A stretch of 64,000 nucleotides of DNA, from the NCBI GenBank assembly GCA_012295275.1, contig CM022672.1:32488001-32552000 (forward strand), written 5' to 3'. The notes beneath the pieces were generated by a model. It had not been told where the DNA came from, made no database searches, and saw only the letters and a program-made list of their open reading frames with translations. Each line of letters begins with the position of its first letter. Positions within the stretch are counted from its first letter, which is position 1. Both the position numbers and the translations under genes were made by a program. This DNA comes from Chrysomallon squamiferum. Taxonomy: Eukaryota > Animalia > Mollusca. Positions 13,718 to 29,061 of this stretch are shown here, piece after piece.

Positions 13718-16700
13718 GCATTTTCATCATATTTGTCCATCTGTTTGTGTGTGCGTGTGTATGTGGGTGTGTGTGTCCGTTCTGCGTCATTCTACGGTTT
13801 GCCTAGTTTCTCTAGGATTACCCTTTACGTTTTATTCTACGAAATAATCATTATATTAGAACAGTGAAACCTAGATTTTATTTTCTTCTGAAATGAAAGG
13901 ATTTGAAATAAACTATGAAGATTTTTTCATCCATAAATTATTTTAAATAATCGCATATATCGTTATTTGTTTACGATGGATAATATTTCAGAAACCCTAT
14001 CTTTGACTCTGATGCTCTTGCTCCAGGGACGAAATCAATGTAAATAAATGACAAGGGGAAATAACCCTCATGCACAATAAGCATTATATCCGGGTATTCA
14101 AACCCTTTTGAAAATTTAAATTGTGGTAGGGAAATACAGAGGGTCTGTAAAAGATTATGGCTCACAGAACTTTAAAAAAAAAAGAACAGCTTAAAAGAAT
14201 TTCAAGACATTTCATCTTTCTTCGGACACAGACTGAGGCTTAAACTTTTTAAAGATTTGGACCAACGCAGATCAGCCCGGTTAGATTTCAATTATTATTT
14301 ATTGAATTAAGACAAAGACAGAACTGAGAACAAAAAAAACCATTGTAGTCTAAACCATAATAAGAACGGATTTACAAAAATGCACAAACATTTGCATCAC
14401 AAAACACAGTTTAAGGGCAGTAGGTTTTTTTTTTAAGGTGTTACTATAAGTTGTTGTTGGAAACATTAACCTTCGTTTTGCAGACAGTTGAACTTGAAGG
14501 GCAGGAGGGGTTTTACTAGGGGTATTACTGTAAGTCGTCACTGGCAACATTCATATTTATTTTACAGAACTAAATGCTTTGATATAAATCAATAGGTGTG
14601 GTATAGTCCATAGTAAAGAGTAGATTATTATTTACTAACTGAAGTCATTACCAAAAAAAAATAATTGTTGCATATTAGTTTGACAGTCACATTGATATTG
14701 CAGTATCCAAATCTGTCCTGTTTTCAGGTATGTTGAAAATGATAGACATCTACTGCACATGAAACCTGTTGTAGATGAAGTATCTCATAAGGCACGTTTT
14801 TACAAGGGATATGTGTGTTATTAATATTTTTTTATTTTTTTCTAATTTATTTTAGGTTAGAATGTTGAAATTGTTTGACACATTAATTTGTATAGTTAAT
14901 GTTCTTTCTATTTATGTACTTACCTGTGCCAGTAATTAATTAAACTTTATGGATATATGTTCTCATTAATTTTTTTTTTTTTTTTTTTTTTTACAATATT
15001 ATAATAAGTTGTAGCAGTAACACACGTCAGGTATTTATTGTTATTATTATATTTATTATATTTGTTTCTTTTATGTAAGATCAGTGTTCATATACTTTGT
15101 TGCAATGGAAGATATGTTTTGTCAGATCCTGTTTTGTTTTTGTGTTGTTTTTTTAACAATACTGTAACAAAACATTTCAGACTGATATGTCAGATGAATA
15201 TGAGCCTTGTGAGGAGGACCAAGCATACAAAGACAGTGTTTGTGATGTAACTACACCACAAGATGATAGCTCTGATGATCATAGTAATAATTTCTCCTTA
15301 CGGGGAAAGTGAAGAAGACAAAATTTCAAGTAAGATGTAACAATATTTTTACCAATCATTCACACACATGTTATTACATTCAGTCAAAAGCTACTACAAA
15401 CTCTTTATTACTTTTACAAGTCATACATAATTTGAAAGGTATGTTTTTCACACACATTTCTGCTGTCAGTTCTTTTACTGAGATAAACATTTGTCTGTTG
15501 ACAGAAACCAGTAATGAAAGATGCGTAGCTTGAGAAAGGGTAATATAATTATTAAGAGAAAATCCTTGTTACCTTGATTCATTTATTGTTATAAATGTTG
15601 AGTTGTTTCCCTTTCTTTATGTTTGTTTATCTTTCTTACAGTTAAACCAGAGTTAATAATCAAAACATGGTAGTAAATGTTTCACATATCAGATAGTTAA
15701 GTTCTATGATGTCACTCTACTTGTGCTGTAATGTTGCTTTTTATGTAATTATAATAGCAGTAAATAAATAAATGTTTTATAAAGACATGCAAAATGATAG
15801 AGTTCATATTTACAATACAAAACTGATAAAGTTCAGCTAAAGAATTCATTTATAGTTAAAAGTGAACCCAGTTTTTATATATATTTTACATTCTTACAAG
15901 ATAAAGTTTATGTTGTGTTTTGTTTTCCTTTATTTACTTTTTATTTATTTTTATTTTTTATTTTCTGCCTGCAAATGAAAATTAATAATAAATTATAACA
16001 GTAATAATTTATAGTTTAGAAGTATGTTAATCTTGTTATTATTGTGTAATTTTTGTTTTTATTCTAAAGATTGTTTCCATCTAATGTTAGAATAAATATA
16101 ATTAGACAAATATGTGATTATGTTATGATTCACATACACTTTGTGAAAAGTACAGGCTTAAGTGGCACTTTTATTTATTTATTTATTTTAATTTAAAAGT
16201 TAATGCTTGTAATGATCATTTATTTAGTCATTGTTTTAGGTTTTCTGTTGCAAAAATTCATCCTAACAATAGTTTACAACAAGCTTTAATAACTTTTAAT
16301 ATTTCAGTTAAATAACAAAACTTGTGCCATTAATACCTAGGAATAATGTTAAATTTTTTATTAAATTTCTAGTAATTCAAAAGAAAATACTTCTTGTCAA
16401 TACAGCATCGCATTTTCCTAGTTCAGTCTCACAATACATATACATATATATATACATATACACACACACACACATATATATATTTATTTATTTATTTATA
16501 CATACGTGTGTGTTTCTGTTTTTCTATCTCATTTTATTCTTTTTTCATCCATCCATTTGTTTCTCATCATCTCACTGTATACATAAGTTTAGACTGACAC
16601 AGATATCTTATGAAAAACATTTACATTCAGCTTTGTCAGTAGCATTTTACTGTGTGTAGCACTTTAACAATTGTGTTTTGTGATTCTTACAGTTTCTCAT

Positions 16701-17032
16701 TTCCTAGTAAAAAGCATTTCATGTGAAATGATAATTTTTTTTCAGTTTGATGGAATTAGATTTGGGAATAAATATTAAACTGATGCAAGGTAAGTGTTAT
16801 TTTGATGTGCATATAATAAATACAGATTGAAATCTTCATTATTTGACTTTAAAAATACTGAAACAAAACTGTATTTTCCTTTGTAACATTATATTTGCAC
16901 ACATCAGCTTTGATTACAGATAATGAAAAGTTTCAGCTCCATTAAAACTGACTGAAATAAATGTGATTCATTGTTAGGGATATTATTTTTCATTTTATTT
17001 TATTTTATTTTATTTTATTTTATTTTATTTTA

Positions 17033-17074
<42 letters not shown>

Positions 17075-17299
17075 TTAACTCCTTTTTCTGTACAAATGTG
17101 CTTCTTGTTTGTGTTGCAGAGTGTTAATCATAAAGGTGGAGCAATGAAAAATTCAAAAGAGAAAAAGAAGAACAGTTAGAAATGTAAGTTGGACTATAGA
17201 AAAATTAAATACAACTTGGTGACTGGTGGATGAGAAAGTAGTTATCAGCAGCGTACATGTTCTAAACCCTGATCTCCCAAATGTAACAATTTTTTATAT

Positions 17300-18394
17300 A
17301 TTTTTAAATTATTTCTTCCAAAATGATAAATTCACAAAATCTGGAATAATCATCCCCAGTATTGTTTGATGTAGTGCATTTATCATAAGCATTCTGTTTT
17401 CTGAACAGAAACTCACAGTGCGTTTCTGAAACTGACTTTCTCAACCTCCAAAAAGACTGACAATATGCATCACACAGCTGATTTTAACATAATTTCTAAC
17501 CTGAACTTTATCCAGTGAATTATATACTAGAACAGCCTTTCCTGTCAATTTACTCTGAACTAATAAGTGCCCAAACTGTTTTGACCATTTAGATACCAAC
17601 CACACTCTTTTGAGAAAGAAAATTTCAACATCATTTTCATCCAAATCAGTAACTGAACTGTAACAATTATTGATTCTAAAATCATTCAATCCATTCTCAC
17701 TTGAATTCTCTCTAAACTGTCCTCTCATTTTAAGTTCAAGTTCCATTTTCTGTTTAATTATCTGAAATTCTCTTTCATTGTCCCTCTCTTAATCTCTCCT
17801 TTTCTGTCTCATACCCTGTCTTCTCTCTCTCTTTCATTTTCTTTCCTTTGATACACTCTGTCTTCTCTCCATTTTCTTTTCTTTCATAGTCTCTTTGCTC
17901 TCTATCATTTTCATCTTCTACTTTCTTAAGCTTTAATTTTTGTTTGAAGGTTAATATCCTTTAATAGTAGTGATTCTGCCATACTCTGAGTTACACTTAT
18001 GTCATTACTTCCCCCATTCTCATTATCTAAAGAACCTCCAAAAAAAGCCTCTGTTACTACTTCTCTGATTTGCTCTCTCTTGACTGGGACTTGAAATATT
18101 ATGAATATTTGCTAATTCTGTTAGCTCAGCCCTCTTGGCTCTTTTAGTAGAAGTTACACCAAGATTGTGCACTATATCTTGATCCGTAATAATTTCTGTT
18201 CTGATTTTATAATTTTATAATATTCTTTATTCTTATTATTTTGTTTTGTTGTGTTTTCTCTAGTAGATATAAACATGAATTAGCTGTCATTAAATTGGGG
18301 AAATACTCGATATATCCAAAGAAATAATTCCATAAGAATTTTAGAAAACAAACTCCTATATTATTATTTTTAAAATCCTGGATGAGAGCTCCAA
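17300..18394 (-). mobile_element. Gypsy (Gmr1-like) LTR retrotransposon gag remnant with degenerate tRNA-Pro primer-binding site
   Basis: E/R-rich coiled-coil region followed by DENDVEIFF..W..LLVQSKLTGKAVLVYNSL; minus-strand tggagctctcatccaggat (18393-18375) resembles the PBS-Pro TGGGGGCTCGTCCGGGAT. Confidence 0.65.
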
Positions 18395-20446
18395 CTTTTA
18401 CAATCCTGTCACAGAGCTCACACCATAAAACATCTTGGATATTTTATTACGGATCAGTCTAGGGTAACAAGGTGCTTTAATGGCCACTTAACAAGCAATT
18501 TAAAAACTAAATTGACAGCAATCTATATCAAGCAATAATTATATCTATCCACTAGAGAAATACACAGAGGACAAATTATAAATAATACATTATACAGTCG
18601 ATCAAATAAAATTTAAATAACTTTTTCCAATGATAATAAGATCATACAGCGAACAAAGATATAATAGGAATATAATAGCTATATTAAATGTTTTAGACAC
18701 AGGTTAATTACACATTAAACCCTATTGAAATAAGAACAGACAATGGCTTACTATACTGGTCCATAAAGGCAATGTCATTCAAAACATGGGTTGCCTGCCT
18801 GATTGAACCATTTGGTTTTTTTGTGTTAGGTATTTCCTTCTCTCTTTAAATAACAAGTGCCAGGTTTTTAAAACAACCCAAAGCAGTTGAGAAATTGACG
18901 GCAAAAATAAAACATGCGGACATCAGAGAAAACTAAATTTATTATGCAATCTGAATTCCATATGATCAGGCACCCCTACCAGTGGATGATAAGGCTCCTC
19001 ACCTCCAGCAGAGAATGACCAGACTCACCATCCCCATCACTAGACAACCAGACTCCTACAAACCTACCAGTGGAAGACTGCTGACTTGTATGTATTCATT
19101 CTGTCTTACCATAATTCTATGTAGTCTTCCAAATCTCTGTCCTCTAACAGATCAGCTGAGTGAATAATATAAGATTTCTCAGTGTTCTTATTTCAAACTG
19201 TTGAGGTTTAAAAAAGCACAGTATTCTATTTCTGATCTCTAGCATTATCCACAGTTATAATTTATATTCACTTTCTGCTGACTGTAACTTGTAATTTGTC
19301 TATTCAGGCTTTATATTTGAGTAACAATGACTGTTTTGACTTCCAGAGGAAAATTGAGCTGTGGCAACGTTTTCCTGTAATTTAAACATTTGAAATTGTT
19401 TGACTAATATTTAGTAAGTAATAAACTGATGTGATTGTGCTCTCATGTACATACGTGTAGCTGATATAACTCAATGAGCTTTGAGTAACATTTTCTTTGT
19501 TCATTTCATGTGTGGCTTAAGACATAGCAATGTGACAAACATTTAATTTTTGTCAGGCTTGTCCTCATAGTTCTATGTGAAGTGAAATTTACTTATTTTC
19601 AAACATCTCATTTGGAAATAATATCAGGTTGAACATGAGACCTCTAGAAGGAAAGGTGCCTCTAAGCTCTGTCTGTAACTTGCAAGAGTTTTTATATTTT
19701 GTGAAAAAGGTGACATCTTCCAGAACTACACTTCAGTAGACATCAATATTATTATTTTGATATTTAATTGATTCGTGTTTTTTATTACTTGAATAAATAC
19801 TGTTTCTCTTTCAATTCCTGGGTTTTTTGTTTGTATTTGTTATACTAATTTTTTTATGTGATAGTCTGCAAGTTGTAGGATTTTTTTTTTTTTTTTTTTG
19901 AATATTTCTCCTCTTATTCATTGCTTGATGATAAGTTTTAGTATTATCATCATTTGTAATAAGTTAGGATTGTCTCTCATAAAATCCACACAGTGTCTTT
20001 GTTCCTTACATTCTTTAATTCATCATCACAGTATAAAATTGTACACATATTTGTACAGTTCTCCTTCTGACTATAGTTAAATGTTTTGCCTGAACTTTTG
20101 TTACACTGTTAGCTCAATGAAACACCGTCACACAAAAACACACACTGACACACAAACACAAACTGATACATACAAATACACACAACAACACACACAAGTA
20201 CACAGTGACATACGCAAATGCGTGCGCCTTTCCTCTTCTTATAATTTATTTCTTGATCAGAAGCGTTTCTGTAAAAAAAAACATGTTTGTCCAAGAAGGT
20301 TATTTTAATTTAAATCTGATAATATATTAACAAAAGTGATAGGTTTACTTACACATTACCCTCAGTCACTGCATTATAAATCTGTAAAGTGCAACATAGA
20401 TTAAAAGTAAATTCATTTTAATAAAAAGGACAGCAATATAATAATA

Positions 20447-20521
<75 letters not shown>

Positions 20522-21131
20522 TTATAAAAATAATACATTTCAAAATACTATTAATTCATTAACATTATGATCTTAAGGTTCACCAACATGTATGTAACTA
20601 TCAGTTTATCAAAATACTTAATGTGCTACTACTAGAAACACTCTCACTACAAGTTTATCAACATACTTAGTTTGAATACTAGAAACATTGACAACTACAA
20701 GAGCATCAACTTACTTGTGGGTGTGTTTGTATGTATGCTTTTATGTATGTACGTATGTACTACTTATGTATGTATGCTTTAGAAAGAGTTATGAGTGATT
20801 AGATGTGTGTGTATCTATATCTCTCTTCTCTCTCTCTCCGTACACACACACATACGCAGACACACACATCCACATACACACACACACACACAGATACACA
20901 TATATATGTACATACTAGATCACATACAAACATACATACATAGATACAGAGATAGGTAGACAGATATTGATATATAATGTGTGTATGTGTATGTGTGTAT
21001 GTGTGTGTGTGTGCATGTATGAGTGTGTGTGTTTATCAAAGACATTTAGATATGTGTGTGATTGTATATATATGTTTAAGAAAGTATAAATACATGTATT
21101 TATGTGCTAGACAGACAATGCGTATTGATAT

Positions 21132-21170
<39 letters not shown>

Positions 21171-21208
21171 GGTGGGTGTGTCTGTGTGTGTGTGTATGTG
21201 TGTGTGTG

Positions 21209-21900
21209 TACAGTGGACCCTGATTCATTTGGGACCAATCATAGGTGCCGTTTTAGACACAGTGCCGGCTTACACAAATTAAAATGACACGAAATATATT
21301 TTATTTCTAGTGTTATTGTTAAGCATCTATCAAGTGTCATCTGAGAAACAGTGTGTCATCGATGACTGCGTTTTTTTCTTCTACTTTATTTATTTATTTA
21401 TTTGTTTATTTCTTCTTCTTTCTCTCCAAAACAAACTTCTCTGTCATGGCCTCCATGTTTATCATCGATTGCAAAATCTGCTGTCGGTAGAAGCAACGAA
21501 ATATTTAATTTGTTTTATAATTTTCAGAGGATCAGTGTAAGAAATTTCAGTCACTTGGTCATTGTGTGTATCATCAGTCTATTCAGAATTTGTCGGTCGT
21601 TACTCTTTGTCGACATATTACTTTCGTACAACTGTTGGTAATGGTCACTAACTTTTATAATGTCAAATATTTCCTGTCTTCATATTTCAGATTGCATTGC
21701 CAGGGTATTAGTACAAATCTGCGGCAAAGTCTAGTCGGCTTCTTTTCATTTATTTATTTATTATTTGAAACAGATCACTTGAAAGTTGAATATCGATACA
21801 TCTTGCCTCCATTTTGTCCAACGGTCTCCGCACATTCTGCGATCAGTCAGCGGACTTCAGTTTTTCAGATCGCTTTACTATGAATTCAATAAAACAAAGC
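21209..21900. mobile_element. Possible Tc1/pogo-type element remnant
   Basis: Starts TA|CAGTGGACCC, typical of Tc1/mariner/pogo termini; interior decayed; partner TIR not found. Confidence 0.3.
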
Positions 21901-22016
21901 AAAATATGCGTCATACGTATTTATTTAGACATCTGCTGTTGACTCTTAATCTAAATGAGTGAATTCACTTAGGTATCACACTAATAATGATCTTGTTCAT
22001 TTAGCTGCGTGAAGGG

Positions 22017-22309
22017 CACAGGTTTTCAACCTCGGGGTCGCCAGACTTTTTTTCTGGGGATTGTGAGATCGTTCTTCAGGGAGGGTATGTGTTAGCTTTG
22101 TACAACTTGACTTGGAAGAAGAAATAAATAAAAACGAGTAGATAGGTTTGGGACCCGTCATAGTGAATATAGATTCCTTTTGTACTGTCTTTGCTTGATG
22201 AAAATATGGTAACCCCTCATATTATTGAATCAAAAATTTTAAAAGCGATTTTCGTTCATATTGAGTTGCTCATAAGTCATCGCGGTATGAAAAAGGTTGA
22301 AAACCAGTG
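22017..22309. mobile_element. hAT-type MITE
   Basis: TIRs cacaggttttcaacc / ggttgaaaaccagtg; 8-bp target duplication gtgaaggg / gtaaaggg (7 of 8 identical). Confidence 0.8.
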
Positions 22310-22831
22310 GTAAAGGGTTACCTCCCATTAGTCACAGGCTTATTTGTCATACAGCTCATAACAACACAGGTCAAGGTTTGATGCACACTTAATCAACTTC
22401 GCACCGGAGTCGTGATTACAACAGTTAGCAGTGAAACACAGCCAAGACTAGTTGATCATTCTCCACACAGGGGTGCCCAGCTTACTTACTGCTTGACTGC
22501 TTTCCAAATTGTATGACTTTTCTGATCAGGTGACTGTTCCAGGATACCACGTATAGTGATTACAAGAAGCTTGGCATCATTGTTTATTAAGACTTCACAA
22601 AGTGCGATCATTTCATCTTGTCAAGGCGGTAGTCGAATTACGTGCTAATTGTTGTCACTGTTTATGAAATCACCTTTATGAAATGAACTTTATTCTGGAA
22701 TTTACACCAGATATCCGAAGTAGAGAGATCCGGGTTTTTCAAAGTTTTGTTTATAACATATTAAAGTTAGCCTGGGAATTTCTCTGTATTTTCATAACTC
22801 TGTTATAAAGTATATTTTATCTTTATTTTAC

Positions 22832-23034
<203 letters not shown>

Positions 23035-23811
23035 AGATTACACACATCAAGTACAGATATAGGATCTGCTCTGGAATCCTGTCTCACAACATCTTTATGT
23101 ATTACATGCTTTATGCAGAAAAGAAAAATATTACAGAAACTAAATAATAAAACTTCATTTTTATGTCTATATCATTTTTCTGTTTATATTCTAAACACAA
23201 ATTAAATCCAAAACTAAACGATGTAAGAATTCATGATACAAAAACAAATTTATTTGCATTTTGTTTATATACATCTTATACATAAAACACAGTAAATTTG
23301 AAACATAATCTAATTTACATACATATTTAATATAAATCTGAATAAAAGAAAATTCGTAAATAAATCAAATAACAGTTCTTGTATTTCATGTCCAACAGTC
23401 AATAAGTACATATATAATTTATTTACATTTTATTTTATACACATTTTAAAGTAAAATACAAAAAATACAAATGATGCAGGAAATAGTTAATAATATTACG
23501 CTTCATATACAACCAAAATATATTAGATATACTTAAATAAATAAATAAAACAATAAATATATAAATGAATAAATAAATAAATGATAAAGCAATGACAAGT
23601 TAATATACATTTTTCATGTATCTGTTTGACACAAATCAGTCCATTATAAAAACTTCAAATCAAATCAAGTGTCTATGACGTCATCACCTCTTTCTGACCT
23701 CATCAGAAAAACGTAAACAAATCAATAAATCAATAAATGAACAAATAAATAAAAATACAAATATTAGGCCAGTGATGACTAAAAGTGACAGTGTTTGAAC
23801 GATGTTGTTGT

Positions 23812-25351
23812 TTACACCAAAAATAACAAAGCAGGTATTTGTCCTTCATACACACATGTAGCACCAAGTGTTCTGTGACTGTGTTTAGTTTTGTGTGAGT
23901 CAGAAAATCTACAAACAAAAGAGTCTACAACAATTTCTGATTTACCTTCAGCTCCAAACCATGAGTCTCCTCCATTAACATTAACAAACAAGCTGTACTC
24001 AGTGTCTTTAGTAATCTTCACTGGACGTCTGAACACGACGTCATACACGTCAGACACGACGTGTTCATATCTCTGTGTCAGCGTAGACCCGTCAACTATT
24101 TCGTCTCTTCTTGTGTCAGTGACGAAGGCGCCGACGTCGTAGCTTCGTGGTTCACGGTAACCGTACAACTGAAATCCGCGAAGTACAGCGTTTTTGTTGA
24201 CACAGAAAGTAATGGATTGATCATATTTACCTGAACATATCCAGCTACCAGACTTTGTTTTACCAAATCTGTTTATTGTAATCTGTGTTTTACGAATCAC
24301 TGCAGTTCTCTTGTTTGAGTTAAAAGGTGAAACATCTTCATCACTCTTCACCAAGTTTTTCAAAATTCTCAGTTGTTCTGTTTCACTGAGTATATTAGTG
24401 GGTGTCACGTGTTCTACAAAATACGTCATATCGAGTAATGCATAACGCACGTGCTTCACGACCTCTCCCAGTGCCTCGCGCATGTTCTGTGCATTCGTCT
24501 GTCTTCCTTGCTTCTTACACGCGCTGTCAGCCCACTTCACAGCGGCTTCGAAAACATTTTTCTCGTCTGCTGTCAGTTCGTCTGATCGTACGATCTCAAC
24601 CAGACATTCGTGACAAAGATCGGTGACTTCATCCGACTTCAGAACTTCGTCGCCATTTTCCAAAATGAAGTCCAGAGTTTTTTTTCTTAGACCATGTTCA
24701 TCAAACAGGTGAGCTTGTTCCAGCACGACGCACGCATTCTGTGACGACAACGACGACTCCAAATAGCGCACGCACTGATATTCCAGTGTCGTGATGATGT
24801 ACTTCCTCGATAGATACAGCAGACCGGTGACGTTGTGGCCTGTTAGGACGACGTCATCCGTATAAAGATATCTGTGTAAAAGAATGTATAGTAAAACTTC
24901 AAAACGAGAGATAATTATGGGAGATTAATCAATTAGAAAATAATTAGATTACTAACAAAAACTGTATTGTTATCAATGTTCGTGTCGGTATGTATGTTTC
25001 GTTACTCACTATGTTCGTACCTGTGTCGCTGTGAGTGTCTGTGTGTTTATGTGTAAGTGTGTTTCTGTGTTTCTGTGTGTGTGTGTTAACATACTTTAAA
25101 AACTCTGTGAAAATATCAGCCTGCACATCAGGCAACAGGATGGTGTTTTGTTCGCGAAGTTCTCCCATCAGCATTCTGTGGAAGACTTCGCTTCGTATCA
25201 TAAGGATGAAGCGATGTGCATCCACAGTTTTTTCTTCTTCCCCAACAACAAATCTGACGTCGCTGTCTGTTCTCGTACGAAAAACGTGTTCAATACATTC
25301 CGTCAGTTTTTTCCCAGTCTGCCAACTTGAAACTTCTGCTGAGGTTGCCAT
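23812..25351 (-). CDS. BTB/POZ-BACK-PHR domain protein (BTBD1/2/3/6-like, putative Cullin-3 adaptor), 438 aa, two coding exons
   Basis: Exons 25351-25095 (MATSAEVSSWQ..SDVRFVVG..AHRFILMIRSEVFHRMLMGEL..DIFTEFLK) and 24871-23812 (YLYTDDV..KYII..ADEKNVFEAAVKWA..INRF..SW..GFQLYG..GQIPALLFLV*). Phase-2 intron gtatgt..acacag; 1317 nt open. Confidence 0.93.
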
Positions 25352-25359
25352 GTTTTCAC

Positions 25360-25418
<59 letters not shown>

Positions 25419-25527
25419 TGGAATGGAGAGAAAGAAAAAGAAATTGTTCGGACACAGAAGTGTAACAATTCTTAGGGCTAATAACAATAATAAAAACATT
25501 TTAATAATAATAATAATAATAATAATA

Positions 25528-25559
<32 letters not shown>

Positions 25560-27388
25560 AATAATAATAACCTCATACTAAATATAATTTTAACATGTTT
25601 CTGTGTACAGGTCAGAGTTCTGTTGCACCGCCTCGCACTGCAGTGACCAGGTTTCTATATTTATATCTAGCTATGACCTGTACGCGGAAATCTTTCAAAC
25701 AAACATTTTTATGTAAAGAAATAATTAACCTAAGATAATTTCTAACAAGGGACTACTTTCTGTTTAGCGCCTGTACTGTTCAATACTCCGATCAAAGATC
25801 TAAAAATAAACAAATAAATAAAAGATAATGAAAGAAAGAAAGAAAAAAAAAATCAGATAAATATATACCAGATCGATAAAAGATAGAAAGAAGTACATTA
25901 TGCTTACATTAGTGATTATTATGATGACGACAACAACAATAATTGTTATTATAATTATTATTATTATACACAGACATGTCTGGTCACAGTCAGGTAAGGA
26001 ATATTTCACTGCGGCACAAACGATTTTCAAATCGCAATGTACATATATTGATTTATACACCATTTTACTCCTCGAAAAGACAACATAATTAACCGTCAAT
26101 AACAAATCTAAAACGAAACACTATATAAGAAAAGAGAATAATAAGTAAGAAAAATAAAGGAACAAGATGTGATTTTTTTTTTTTTTTTTTTTTAAATAGA
26201 AAACAATACAAAATAACTTTAATTTCAACTTCCTGATCGACAGTTTCTTATTAGCGACTATTTTCTCTCTATCGACTCAACTGTAGATCACAGATATAAC
26301 CGATCTAAGAATAAATGAAATAAAATAAAACAAAATAAAATAAAATATATAGCAAAAGACGTCAATAAAAAAATAATAATAATAAGGTCAACAGTAGTAG
26401 AAGTAGTAGTAGTAATATCATACTAAAGACTTTAGTAAAGTCATGTTATACGTAATCTTTCATTTAAGTTTAAAGAAAACTCACACTTAAATAATCTATT
26501 TGTTAAAGAACTAACTCTGATATATTTAGTAATAAATTAAGAACACCGGAATCGTTCAAACATAATAAAATATAAAATATCATACACTTTCAATATGGCC
26601 GACTAGTTTCACTTCTGCTTTGTAAACTTTTAGTTATCAAACACTCCACTGATAAACACGCGACTGACGTCAAATATGTTAGACGTCACAAAGTGTTATT
26701 TTGTTAGGTTTCAGTCTCAGATTAAAATAGACAAATCGTTTGTATACTCATCTTTCATACGTCTTTACAACAGATAACTTTAATTCTAATTCAGTGGATT
26801 AAGTACTACTAGACTGCATTGTTTATACGTCAGTTATAAAGGTAATTAATAATAATAATAATAATAATAACAATAACAACAACAATAACAATAGCAGCGG
26901 CAGCAACAACATCAACAGCAACAATAATAAGAAATATGTACATGTTTTATTTCTCTGACGAAACTTGCATGACCAGTATGTGAATATAATCTAACACTGA
27001 CTTTTGTTTGTTATGTAGGTCATATAAAAATATCGTGATACTGTTACACGAGACACACAAAGGTGTACTAGGGTGTTATTTACAGCGATCTGACAAATTC
27101 ATTGTTAATACACTCTCTGTCCATAAGTGTAGAAATAACCCGTGAAAATAAGAAATTATTTACATTTGTCAGCGTTGTGAGAAGATAAATAATTTCGATA
27201 AAAACCAACAAACTCGTAAATAGAAAAAAAAAAAATTATATGAGATAATATTATCACATCCTCTTCTTCCATACACCAGATAGTAAGAAACATTTTATAG
27301 TAGGGTCTAGCACATATGTTTTCATGTTTAAAAAGCCTCACGCTATAACGCTGTTTGTTATGTTTATATCCATAGCAGCGATAATATT

Positions 27389-27435
<47 letters not shown>

Positions 27436-27906
27436 TCCATTGTAGATGAAAACATTTTATATATTGGTTAGCATCGGTGATAGATCAAAACAAGCAACGA
27501 ATGAAGAACAGAAGAAAAAAAGACTGAACGAAACACATGCAAAGAAATAAATAAGATATCTCTATATATATAAAATTAATAAAATAAGAACAATATAAAA
27601 TACTTTGTAGTTTCAAAATAGATACCTTACCTGATAAATAGAAATCTTCCTGATCGATAGTTTCTTAGAAACGAGTAATTTCCGTTTAACAACTCTCCTA
27701 TTGATCACTTATATCAGGGATCTATAGATAAATCTATAAATAAATGAAATGAAACAAAGTAATATAAAGTAATCAGATCGATAAAAATATAGCATAAGTA
27801 ATAAATGAATCACTGAATTATATTTAGGTGATACTATTATTACTACTATTACTATTGCTGTTATTATTAATGAATGGAATAATAATGATTATTATACTGA
27901 CGATAG

Positions 27907-27943
<37 letters not shown>

Positions 27944-28949
27944 ATTGAATATTTTATCGACATTTCTTATAAATCTGTATGCTAGGTACGAAAAAAAGCC
28001 TTTAACAAAATTCACACCAAAAGTTACAGCGCTCCCAAAATAGATAACAATTTCAATATGTCTGATTTGTTTTAAGCAAAGCAATAGTACAGCATATATC
28101 AAAATGACAATAAAATATAAAATACCTTCAAATTTCAAAATGGCCGACTACTTCTGTATAATGCGTCTTGTTTGTGAGTGGTTTTCCTAGAACTGACGCC
28201 TTTCTGTTTGACAAGATCACTGAACACTTTTGGTGTTTTGCTCTTTACAAAGTCCCCTGTTGCTAATCACGTGACAGAAATTAGATATTGTACAAGTCAC
28301 GCCACGTATGGCGGTAGATACATACAAATGTTTTATTATATACAATTTGAGTAAACGTGTTAAATAAATTTAAAAAAAAAGAAGGAAAAGAAAGAGATAA
28401 AAAATATATATATATTTTGTCATTACTTATTTTGTCTGTAAGATATTTATATTTATTTCACACACAGTATATTGAGGAAAAGGTTATCGTTAACAAGTGT
28501 CTCTTATGTAGGTCAGATAGCGTGTCAGTTGTGTTGAGGACACGATAAATTATAATACGATCGTGAAAAAAAGCAATGTAATGGTGAATCAGAATACATG
28601 GGACACTCCTTTATTTGTATGTGTTATGAGTCAGAGCGATCTAAACACAGGTGTGACAAATACTACCTTTATTATATTTAGTATAACAAAAATAGCTTTG
28701 TTCAAATACTAACACTTATACTCATCATTGTGGTAATATTGTTTATTTATTTATTTATTTATTTACTTGTTTCACTTTTTAATATATATGTTGGTATTTT
28801 TATTATTTATTTATTTTCTTTCTTCTTTTCTTCTCTTTTATTTGACTACAAATGATACATATATAATATATAATACAAATAAAACAAGCTAATAAAAAGG
28901 TAAAAGTAAATTAATGTGTTAAAATACAGAAGTCTCCACAACATTAAAA

Positions 28950-29027
<78 letters not shown>

Positions 29028-29030
29028 GAA

Positions 29031-29061
<31 letters not shown>

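Noticed and set aside
23891-25475. Plus-strand ORFs 23891-24142, 24402-24626, 25035-25475 and 25148-25330
   Set aside because: Antisense shadows of the BTB gene exons.
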